Of a stretch of DNA of 64,000 nt, positions 1 to 53,169 are shown one piece after another. How positions within the stretch are numbered: position 1 is the first letter of the stretch; every line of letters starts with the position of its first letter. The notes beneath the pieces are model-generated. The model was given only the letters and a program-made list of their open reading frames with translations, searched no databases and was not told where the DNA came from. A program made the translations under genes and the position numbers. This DNA comes from Eutreptiella sp. 'Long Island Sound 2002' (Eukaryota > Protista > Euglenida): positions 195,486,001-195,550,000 of the forward strand of contig OZ038378.1 in the NCBI GenBank assembly GCA_964036045.1. Reading direction: 5' to 3'.

Positions 1-2760
1 GCTTGAAAAATTTTCAGCACTGTGAAGTGCTCAACAATAATGTTTTCAAATAGACATGAAGGAGATGCAACTGCAATTGGCTGACTGACGGAATGAACCA
101 CGGCACTTTGACCTGAGCAAAGCATGCTGACATCTCTGGCCCCAGGCCTGCTTGAAAAATTTTCAGCACTGTGAAGTGCTCAACAACAATGTTTTCAAAT
201 AGACATGAAGGAGATGCAACTGCAATTGGCTGACTGACGGAATGAACCACGGCACTTTGACCTGAGCAAAGCATGCTGAAATCTGTGGCCCCAGGCATGC
301 TTGAAAAATTTTCAGCACTGTGAAGTGCTCAACAATAATGTTTTCAAATAGACATGAAGGAGATGCAACTGCAATTGGCTGACTGACGGAATGAACCACG
401 ACACTTTGACCTGAGCAAAGCATGCTGAAATCTGTGGCCCCAGGCCTGCTTGAAAAATTTTCAGCACTGTGAAGTGCTCAACAACAATGTTTTCAAATAG
501 ACATGAAGGAGATGCAACTGCAATTGGCTGACTGACGGAATGAACCACGGCACTTTGACCTGAGTAAAGCATGCTGAAATCTCTGGCCCCAGGCATGCTT
601 GAAAAATTTTCAGCACTGTGAAGTGCTCAACAATAATGTTTTCAAATAGACATGAAGGAGATGCAACTGCAATTGGCTGACTGACGGAATGAACCACGGC
701 ACTTTGACCTGAGCAAAGCATGCTGACATCTGTGGCCCCAGGCATGCTTGAAAAATTTTCAGCACTGTGAAGTGCTCAACAATAATGTTTTCAAATAGAC
801 ATGAAGGAGATGCAACTGCAATTGGCTGACTGACGGAATGAACCACGGCACTTTGACCTGAGTAAAGCATGCTGAAATCTCTGGCCCCAGGCATGCTTGA
901 AAAATTTTCAGCACTGTGAAGTGCTCAACAATAATGTTTTCAAATAGACATGAAGGAGATGCAACTGCAATTGGCTGACTGACGGAATGAACCACGGCAC
1001 TTTGACCTGAGCAAAGCATGCTGACATCTGTGGTCCCAGGCATGCTTGAAAAATTTTCAGCACTGTGAAGTGCTCAACAATAATGTTTTCAAATAGACAT
1101 GAAGGAGATGCAACTGCAATTGGCTGACTGACGGAATGAACCACGGCACTTTGACCTGAGCAAAGCATGCTGACATCTCTGGCCCCAGGCCTGCTTGAAA
1201 AATTTTCAGCACTGTGAAGTGCTCAACAACAATGTTTTCAAATAGACATGAAGGAGATGCAACTGCAATTGGCTGACTGACGGAATGAACCACGGCACTT
1301 TGACCTGAGTAAAGCATGCTGAAATCTCTGGCCCCAGGCATGCTTGAAAAATTTTCAGCACTGTGAAGTGCTCAACAATAATGTTTTCAAATAGACATGA
1401 AGGAGATGCAACTGCAATTGGCTGACTGACGGAATGAACCACGGCACTTTGACCTGAGCAAAGCATGCTGACATCTGTGGCCCCAGGCATGCTTGAAAAA
1501 TTTTCAGCACTGTGAAGTGCTCAACAATAATGTTTTCAAATAGACATGAAGGAGATGCAACTGCAATTGGCTGACTGACGGAATGAACCACGGCACTTTG
1601 ACCTGAGCAAAGCATGCTGAAATCTCTGGCCCCAGGCATGCTTGAAAAATTTTCAGCACTGTGAAGTGCTCAACAATAATGTTTTCAAATAGACATGAAG
1701 GAGATGCAACTGCAATTGGCTGACTGACGGAATGAACCACGGCACTTTGACCTGAGCAAAGCATGCTGACATCTCTGGCCCCAGGCATGCTTGAAAAATT
1801 TTCAGCACTGTGAAGTGCTCAACAACAATGTTTTCAAATAGACATGAAGGAGATGCAACTGCAATTGGCTGACTGACGGAATGAACCACGGCACTTTGAC
1901 CTGAGCAAAGCATGCTGAAATCTGTGGCCCCAGGCATGCTTGAAAAATTTTCAGCACTGTGAAGTGCTCAACAATAATGTTTTCAAATAGACATGAAGGA
2001 GATGCAACTGCAATTGGCTGACTGACGGAATGAACCACGGCACTTTGACCTGAGCAAAGCATGCTGACATCTCTGGCCCCAGGCCTGCTTGAAAAATTTT
2101 CAGCACTGTGAAGTGCTCAACAACAATGTTTTCAAATAGACATGAAGGAGATGCAACTGCAATTGGCTGACTGACGGAATGAACCACGGCACTTTGACCT
2201 GAGCAAAGCATGCTGAAATCTGTGGCCCCAGGCATGCTTGAAAAATTTTCAGCACTGTGAAGTGCTCAACAATAATGTTTTCAAATAGACATGAAGGAGA
2301 TGCAACTGCAATTGGCTGACTGACGGAATGAACCACGACACTTTGACCTGAGCAAAGCATGCTGAAATCTGTGGCCCCAAGCATGCTTGAAAAATTTTCA
2401 GCACTGTGAAGTGCTCAACAACAATGTTTTCAAATAGACATGAAGGAGATGCAACTGCAATTGGCTGACTGACGGAATGAACCACGGCACTTTGACCTGA
2501 GCAAAGCATGCTGACATCTCTGGCCCCAGGCATGCTTGAAAAATTTTCAGCACTGTGAAGTGCTCAACAATAATGTCTTCAAGTATATATAGAATCACAT
2601 GCAACTGCAACTGGCTGATTGGCTGAATGCTTGACGCGCTTTGAGCTGTGCAAAATATGGTGAAATGGGCCCCAGGCCTGCATGAAAAAAGCTCAGCACT
2701 GTGGACTGCTCAACAATAATGTCACCAACTATATACCAACCACATGCAACTACAACAGAC
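1..2760. repeat. 149-bp tandem satellite: 17 near-identical full monomers (1-2533) plus 1-2 diverged edge monomers; starts before the window
   Basis: GCTTGAAAAATTTTCAGCACTGTG recurs at 1, 150, 299 ... 2385, 2534 with period 149. Only a few positions vary. Monomers decay from about 2575. Confidence 0.97.
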
Positions 2761-2964
2761 TGACTGTCTCAATGACGGGCTGTGTGAACTCCGTCACACT
2801 GGCATTTAGTCCCTCTTCAAGTAGACCTTGCCATTCCGCACAGAGCACAGACCCCAGACACCCTACCATAAACTCCCGTGGTTGCCCAGTCACTGTCACT
2901 GTCACCGTCAGTATCAAGAGGCAGGCAGTATACCCCTTCCCGCGAAGCAATCAGTGCAAATAAG

Positions 2965-3017
<53 letters not shown>

Positions 3018-3065
3018 GTCTGTGTTGTGTCTGTGTTGTGTTTGTGTCTGTGTCTGTATCTGTGT
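2965..3065. repeat. (TGTC)n microsatellite and degenerate TGTG/TGTC tail
   Basis: Directly visible. Confidence 0.9.
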
Positions 3066-3068
3066 ATT

Positions 3069-3206
3069 TAGGACTGCAACAATCAAAAGACCCGAACTGG
3101 CCCCTTTATCTGCTTTGGGGCACAGCACCAGGCAAATTCTAATATGTAGGACTGCAACAATCAAAAGACCCAAACTAGCCCCTTTATCTGCTTTGGGGCA
3201 CAGCAA
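3069..3206. repeat. Local tandem duplication of about 60 bp (period about 79)
   Basis: TAGGACTGCAACAATCAAAAGACCC...CCCCTTTATCTGCTTTGGGGCACAGCA occurs twice. Confidence 0.85.
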
Positions 3207-4212
3207 TAGTCAAATTCTGTGAGAGCAAAGCAAGGCGGAGAATTAGGCATGAGACACAGAATGTCACACTCAGGAAAGTAGGCAAAAAAGGGCAATTCAT
3301 GTGCAAGAAGACATTGCACCTCGCCAAAATTCGATTGAGCTTCCCTGGCTTGCCTGTACATCGTACCTGGAGGGGAATACGCCAAGAGGGGCGGGGCAGA
3401 GAGAAGAAAAAGGGTGAGCAGCAGCCCAACAGCTAAACAACAGCCCCCTTACAAAGGCTGCATTGATTTGTTCCTTCACCGACACCACTGTGTAAGCCGC
3501 ACACACAAACCTAGTTTGGTTAGGTAGCGCTCAGCCAGTCAATACTCTCCGTGCAAGGCATCCACTCCGCTGGTTGCCAATGGAGCCATCCCCCCGGTAA
3601 CAGCCGCTGTGTACACACACAGCAAGTAGGTAAGCACCGTTTCACCTGTTGTGCAGTGACAGTCCCTGCCCCGATGCCTCATGAGTCCAAACAGGCGACC
3701 GCAGTACAGTGAGACATCGCAGAGACACACGGTGGTGCTTGGCGGGTACAAGGACTCCATCCATACCCATACCAATACCCATACCCCCCCCTCCTACACT
3801 TGCAGAGAAATTGGCTGCACACAACGGACAATTCGCCCACATCCCCAGGGGAACATGGCCAAAATGACGCTTCCCTCCCCCCGCCCTTGGAAGAAATTAA
3901 GAGTTCCATGGCACACAGCAAAGGCATCTCATGCACAAAGTGACCACGGAATTTCACCTTGAAGTGCTGCACCATGCTCATCAGTCTCTGGAAAGCACTC
4001 TCCAGCTGCAGGCTTGGCTACAGTGGTGGCTGCTACCTTAGCTTGGCTGCATGCTTGGCTAAGGATTTGGCACAAGGCCTAGCTTCAGCTTTGGTCGTCC
4101 ATGTGTCTGGAACGGACTACTCACAAGAAAGGGCATTGCAAAACTTGGGGCCGCAAGAATGTACCAGCTTGACGTTCCAAAGGGAAGCTGTGGCGTTTTG
4201 ATAGGCACGGTG

Positions 4213-4268
4213 GTCTTATTCTTTGTTCGTTCATGCCCACTCAAGGTGCCATTGTTCTAATGTTGAAG
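4213..4268 (+). promoter_or_regulatory. Candidate polypyrimidine tract and AG acceptor (SL trans-splice site) for the golgin mRNA
   Basis: U-rich tract about 4213-4260, then AG at 4267-4268, 13 nt before ATG 4282. The trans-splicing role is inferred from euglenozoan biology. Confidence 0.35.
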
Positions 4269-4281
4269 CCCATGCTGTGAC

Positions 4282-47570
<43,289 letters not shown>

Positions 47571-49720
47571 CCTCACGGGCTTGATCTAGCCAAGACGTAC
47601 CATGCCGTCATCCCGAGACGGTCTGCAGCGGGGCTATGCTAGACAGCCATACCCATCACCCCCGGGTCCATCCTCCCACCCCCATTCGTGGAAGATGGAC
47701 CACCTCCCGCCCCCACGGAAGGAGGTCTCCCAGGGTCTACAGTGGGACATGCTCTTGAGGCAAGGGTGATATAAGGGCGTTTGGAAGGGGTGTGCTTGGG
47801 GACTCTTGAGGGGGAACTTGGTCTAAAAAGTAGCGCGCAGTGCGCGTGCAGTACAAGCCCCCCCCCCCCCCCCAAGTCGAAAACGGAGGTTGCTGTGGAT
47901 TCCCTCATGCAAGCAACGTTGCCCCCCAGTCTAGATGAGGGTGAGGTGGTCACATGCATGGCTTTGGGACTTGCTAGTAGGGTGAGTGAGCTTTCAATTG
48001 AACAAAAAAAAGGATATGTGTGTGGCTTTCCGCATTTTGCATGATGTCTTATACAAAGGGAAGGTTGCTTGCATTTGTCTTGGGCTAGGGTAGTTTGGGT
48101 GACCTGAATTTAGGGGCATTTGGGTAGGTGGGGTGGCCTAATTTTGAGGGGGTCGGTACGGGGGTTCTTCACAGGGGAATCTAGTCTAAAAGTAGTGCGC
48201 AGGGTAAGGGCGCCCCCTTTGTTTTTGGTAGCAATGACACCATGTGATACTTTCATCTATTGGCCGAGTCCCAACTAATTGGTGGCCACGGAGGGTCCTT
48301 GGTGCTTTGTGGACTCGGTGTCCCATCGTTAAGGTAGCTATGGGGTGCCGTACGGAACTGGCAATTGTACATATTGCGCATGTGTCGCAAAAGTTGCATT
48401 TCTTTCAATTTTTCAATTTTTTTAATAATGTACACAACTTACCGCAAAAAAAGTTACGCGGGTTTACCACAAAAAAAATTTTACCGCAAAGAGAAAATTA
48501 CACGCATTTACCGCAAAAAAAAATTACACCCCTTGACAATTTTTTTCTATACGAGTTACATTTTTCACTACCTAAACAAAAGGAAGGGCAGTGTTTTAAA
48601 TTTTCATTGGTATGGCGGGGCTAAAAGGTTGGGAGGGGCTATTCTTCCGGGTAAACTGGCTATTTTAGCACCCTAGGTAGGATACTATCAACAATGATGG
48701 CATACCCCAATTTAGTCATTATCAGCGCTCTGAAGGGGCAAATGCAGATTGAAAACCGTCCAAGTTACTTCTAAAACATGTTTTTTTTTTGGCTTCCCAA
48801 GCCCAAAATAGGGGACGCTAGTGACACCCGAACATGGTCACGTGACACTTCATTGCTTTGCCCGGAAGTGACGACTTATATTACCATGTGTCGCGTGCAT
48901 GAATGAGAATGAAAGAGCAGATGGCCTGGAGTAGACGGCACAGTGTGTGAGCCCAAAGCTCTCTATTGGTGGTGGTGCCGGGGTGTTGCCGGCACAGCAG
49001 CCGAGTGGTCTGCAGCAGTGTTCTTGCCTGTGTGTTGTTGCCCTGCCTGCTGTGGGTGTGGTGTCTAGGAGTTGGGGGGGGGGGGGGCGTGCTGGGGCCT
49101 AGGTCAAAGCAGCAAGTGCCAAGCCTATGAGGAGTGGGAAACAATTTAAACCAATTTAAGCATGTTTCTTTGTGCTTCCCTGTCCCAAAATAGGGGGTCT
49201 TTACCCCACCCCAAAGCGCAAACTATGGTTTGGGTAGGGGGGGGTATAAGGCACACACACACACACACACACACGCGCGCCGCGGTAGGGGTGCATGAAC
49301 TGTACATAGTCTTGCTGTCGTGCTGAGAGGGAGGAAAGGCCGCTGGATGTGGGAAGGAAACATTGCTGCAAGTGTGAACAGAGCTGTAGAAGTGGGGTGT
49401 CATAGCGAACGCTATCGATTTGTTTCAATGATTGGGTGTCACACACACATATATGTCTGAGAACATCCCGTTTGCTTGCAAATGGGGGTTGCACTGGTGT
49501 GCATTAAGAACAGAGGTCCTTTTGTATTCCAGAATTTTGATTTTTGTGAGGTGGGCTCGGCCCCTTGTTGTTGTTTTATCTCCCGGACGCTCTGGCAAGC
49601 TTCGAGCTTTTTGAGTGTTTGGTTGCTTCCACTGACGTTGAGAGCCTCATCGAATTTGAGGCTGACTGTAACATCTCCAACGACCAACTTGCCAGAGCTG
49701 TACACCAACATAACCAAAAT

Positions 49721-50716
49721 ATGGGAGACAACGGGGGACCGAGTTCCGCTGCGCGTGCCAATAAGCGTCCGGCTGAGTCTGAGCCGGATGCTGCGGCCCT
49801 ATGCGCTTTTGCAGAGCACGCGTTCGGGCTATGGAAGTCGCGGGTGCCTGGAGAAGTTCTTGGCCGCAAGGTGGCAGCCCTCACGATGAGGATGACGGCG
49901 CACGGATATAATGCGCCCCAACTGGCGGATCAGATGAAGAAGGAGCTGCGGCTGAACATCGACCTCGGGGACGTGATGGACCTGGTCGTGGCGTGGGAGG
50001 ACGTCAACGGAGTGGAGTACGATCCCGGGCAGAAAAGGTTCAAGCAGGCGCAGACCGCGGCGGCTGCTGCGACCTCGGGCCTGAAGGTCAAGCAGGAGAG
50101 TACGGAGTGGCTGGAGATGAAGACGAGAATGGAGTCGTTGGAAAGAGAGCTAGCTCAAGCACAGGCGGCGAAAGAGTCCTCCTCGCGGCGAGTACCCTGG
50201 GGAGAGAGGCCCCTGACTGAGGAAACCATTGACGCATTCTTGCGCGAAGAGGAAGGGGTGACTGAGTGGATGCAGGAGGCCCTAGACCTGGTAAAAATTG
50301 CCATATCTGACATGGGCGAAGACAGCGTGTCAGCGGTCCCAGCTGTGGACCTCTGGCGTTTGGTGACCAGGAGCCAGCATAAATACACCAAGAAATACAA
50401 GAGAGCCAGGTATGGCTGGGGTGGAAAGGGCCGCGGCAAAGAGAAATCCGGGAGAAGGAAATCTTCCCCCAAGGGGAAAGGCAAGAAGCACAAGAAGGCC
50501 AGGAGACGGTCGGATACGTCTACTTCGGGATCATCCAGCGGCAGCTCTTCGGGCCCCGAGTATTTTTGGCGGGGTAAGCATAAGTTTATTGTGAGGAATG
50601 GGGTGGAGTTCTATGTCGCGTCGAACGGCCGTGAGTGGCGCAGTGACCGGCCCCCGCCTGGGGACTGTGATATCTGCGGGGGCCGGCACTGGGAATGGAA
50701 CTGCCGCCGAAAATGA
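49721..50716 (+). CDS. ORF1, gag-like 331 aa: coiled coil, Lys/Arg-rich basic tract, C-terminal zinc knuckle
   Basis: First ATG at 49721 (frame open from 49565); KGRGKEKSGRRKSSPKGKGKKHKKARRR; PPPGDCDICGGRHWEWNC is C-x2-C-x3-H-x4-C. Confidence 0.8.
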   Translation: MGDNGGPSSAARANKRPAESEPDAAALCAFAEHAFGLWKSRVPGEVLGRKVAALTMRMTAHGYNAPQLADQMKKELRLNIDLGDVMDLVVAWEDVNGVEYDPGQKRFKQAQTAAAAATSGLKVKQESTEWLEMKTRMESLERELAQAQAAKESSSRRVPWGERPLTEETIDAFLREEEGVTEWMQEALDLVKIAISDMGEDSVSAVPAVDLWRLVTRSQHKYTKKYKRARYGWGGKGRGKEKSGRRKSSPKGKGKKHKKARRRSDTSTSGSSSGSSSGPEYFWRGKHKFIVRNGVEFYVASNGREWRSDRPPPGDCDICGGRHWEWNCRRK

Positions 50717-50775
50717 CAGGGGCGTGGACCAGATGATGGGGGTGCAGAGCAGGGCCCTCAACACATCGTGGTCCG
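50714..50775 (+). promoter_or_regulatory. Putative stop-codon readthrough cassette: UGA-C, 8-9 nt spacer, hairpin
   Basis: GGACCA 50726-31 pairs with TGGTCC 50769-74; GATG 50732-35 with CATC 50764-67; TGGGGGT 50737-43 with GCCCTCA 50754-60. Confidence 0.55.
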
Positions 50776-52006
50776 GGCCGATGAGGCCGGTTTCACAGAC
50801 TGGCATATTAAATACCTGCAATTCCAGGAGGATGCGGAAGAGGGCGGATGGCAAGGATTCATGCTGGAGTCTTGGGCGGTATCCACCCGGGAATGCTACG
50901 AACGTCACATCAGAACCATGCGTGGAGCACATGAAGAGAGCCCAGACCAAACACCCACTGAGATCCTCCGCGAGTACCTCATCTCCATGTACCGCCAACA
51001 CAAGACCTCCAGCTCCATGCGGCAGGCCATCTCAGCATGCAGATTATTGGAAGAGTTGGAAGTGGCCCCTGCCTTCGTCCCACGCAGTTTTTGGAGATTT
51101 ATTAGGGCGAAGGATAAAGTCAGCAAAACGAGACGACAGAGATGGGCGTCGCTGGGAACGTTGGAGGTCATGGCAGGACAAGCCACCACGGAGGAGGAAA
51201 TGTTGTGCGTCTGCATCGCGACCCTGTCCCTCGCGTTTTGCCTGAGGGTTGGCGAGGCAGCATCGATACGGCCCAAGGATTTGGACCAGCAGAACGGATA
51301 CGTCACCTTTTACGACAGCAAAACGCGACGGGCATGGGTATCACGGCCGGCAAGTGAGTACGTACGGAGGGTCATGGGGCTGGCGCGACTCTTGGCAATG
51401 CGAAGAGGACGGGATGTCGCGGGGCCGCTCATCAAGGGAGGAGCCGCGAGGCTGCAGCACATCATGGCCAAATTGCTCATGGGGACAGAACACGCGGACA
51501 TGCGGTGGCATGCGTGGCGGAGGGCTGGCGCCACCCTCCTGGTGCGGTCGGGGGCAACGATCCTGGAGGTCATGTCCTGGGCCAGGTGGAGGTCAGTCAA
51601 GGTCGCACGGCGATACGTGGCGACATGGGAGGATCTACCATGGGAAGAAACCAGACTACCACAGCCTACGCATGTGCCCGGTACCGCGGTATGGTTCTTC
51701 AAGGTGGCGGACACCAAGGCGACCAACCTCTGGCCGAAGTCGATTGGAACCCTCGATCATGGAGACGGATGGTCGTCAGAGTCTGAGGCCGAGAAAACCC
51801 GATCGGCACTCCGAGAGGAGATCACTGCGAAGCCTATCCAGAGACCGGAACAGCCCAAACGGGACAGGGCAGCGGCAGAGTCCGCGGCCAGGAAGCCCGT
51901 CAAGAAGCGACGAGTCGTGGTCGCCAGGACGGTCACCGCGTCCGAGCTTGCAGCGAGGGCGCGTAGATGCGCGGTACGGGCAGGGGCTGGGGTCGTCGTT
52001 CGATGA
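50717..52006 (+). CDS. Tyrosine recombinase (phage-integrase fold), in frame with ORF1; first in-frame ATG at 50861
   Basis: Catalytic set intact: FCLRVGEA (R), YDSKT (K), WHAWRRAGA (H-x-x-R), ARWRS (W), ARRYV (Y). The N-terminal LESWAVSTRECY is typical of DIRS-type core-binding domains. C-terminal PVKKRR resembles an NLS. Confidence 0.92.
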   Translation, partial: QGRGPDDGGAEQGPQHIVVRADEAGFTDWHIKYLQFQEDAEEGGWQGFMLESWAVSTRECYERHIRTMRGAHEESPDQTPTEILREYLISMYRQHKTSSSMRQAISACRLLEELEVAPAFVPRSFWRFIRAKDKVSKTRRQRWASLGTLEVMAGQATTEEEMLCVCIATLSLAFCLRVGEAASIRPKDLDQQNGYVTFYDSKTRRAWVSRPASEYVRRVMGLARLLAMRRGRDVAGPLIKGGAARLQHIMAKLLMGTEHADMRWHAWRRAGATLLVRSGATILEVMSWARWRSVKVARRYVATWEDLPWEETRLPQPTHVPGTAVWFFKVADTKATNLWPKSIGTLDHGDGWSSESEAEKTRSALREEITAKPIQRPEQPKRDRAAAESAARKPVKKRRVVVARTVTASELAARARRCAVRAGAGVVVR

Positions 52007-53169
52007 CACCTGTTCTATGCGACCCAGGCCCTTGCCACGTTCAGAGTTTCGGTATTCGAGGTCTGAGCTTTGGCGACAGTGTCGTCGAATTCGATTGCCC
52101 CCGCACATGACTTTTCAGAGCCTCTGGACCCCAGTTTTTTGGATTTTCCGAATTTTTATAAATCTCTCCACGACACCCACCAGGGGTCGGTTAGGGCTTT
52201 TGGTTTTGTTGGTGCATGCGCTGAACGCACTGCGTTTTTCTGAATTTCTCTGGACCGAGGGGGAGGGGGGTCCTTGGTCCTCTAGAGTGGTTTTGATGGT
52301 TTTTGGTCCGGGGCGCAAAAATATCGTTCCAAGGGGGTGGGGGGGTATGTGTATATTTTTTGGAAAGCCCTTGAAAATGGCTTTCATTTTCCAAAAGTTT
52401 CAGGGTTCTGCTCACCGGTTTGATGGAGAAATTACTTCGAGACTGATTTTTTCAGGTTTTTTTGGGCCTAGTTTATGCGCTGCACTGCACTATATTACAC
52501 TACACCACGTACCATCACCCATTGTTGCCCCTGCCCAAACCCCTTCTCTTTGCTCTTTTCAAGAGACCACACCCAATGTCAAAGCGTACCAAAACTGCCC
52601 CAACCACCCTCCCTAAACGGCAAAGGGTGGCGATGGGTGTCAACCTCCGCGACCTCGCCGAGTCGATGTCGGTTGCAGACATTGCTACTGATTTTGCCGC
52701 TCTACATGCAAGAACGCCCAAATTTTTGGACTTTGGGAAGCTTGTAAAGTTTGCGAGAAGCCAACCAATGCTTCCCAAGACTCCGAATGTGCTTCCCAAG
52801 CATCCAATTTGTCAGACATGTCGGACGAGTCAATGTTTGCCCATCGTCCACATGCCTTGTTTGCTTGCAGTCTCTCAAGAGCGAAATTGTCAGCAGTTTT
52901 GTGAGTTTTTCTCAAAAATATGGTCACCTACCCCCCAACCCAACCCTACATTTCCAAAAAGCCCTTTCCAAGGCGATTTCAAAAAGGTATAACATACCAA
53001 CCCCCCCCCCCCCCTTCGGGACACGTAGCAGCGGCAGAAAGCCAACACCGGCAAAAAAAAATCAAAACCATCAATGACCCCCCCCCCCAGGTTTATATAT
53101 GGGTGTTGAGTTGCGGGGGGGGGGGGGGGGCTAGCACCATTTTGCTGTTTGCCACTGTGGCGTAAAATT

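Larger units (their letters stand above)
49565..52110 (+). mobile_element. Tyrosine-recombinase mobile element (gag-like ORF1 plus YR; VIPER/TATE/DIRS-related or Crypton-like) with no RT/RNase H; termini not resolved
   Basis: Two long undisrupted ORFs with uniform coding-like composition, unlike the flanks. Confidence 0.85.

Noticed and set aside
14-2610. Seventeen 70-94 aa minus-strand ORFs; possible CRISPR or LRR gene
   Set aside because: They are products of the 149-bp satellite. The period is not a multiple of 3 and there are no unique spacers.
50714-50716. UGA as Trp (alternative genetic code) or selenocysteine
   Set aside because: TGA terminates the golgin, YR and trmB ORFs and Trp is TGG throughout. 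The position is a linker rather than a redox site.
51249-52616. 455-aa ORF overlapping the YR as a candidate RT/RNase H
   Set aside because: Low-complexity R/S/G/P translation with no RT or RNase H motifs, running into MITE-like sequence; a shadow frame of GC-rich coding DNA.
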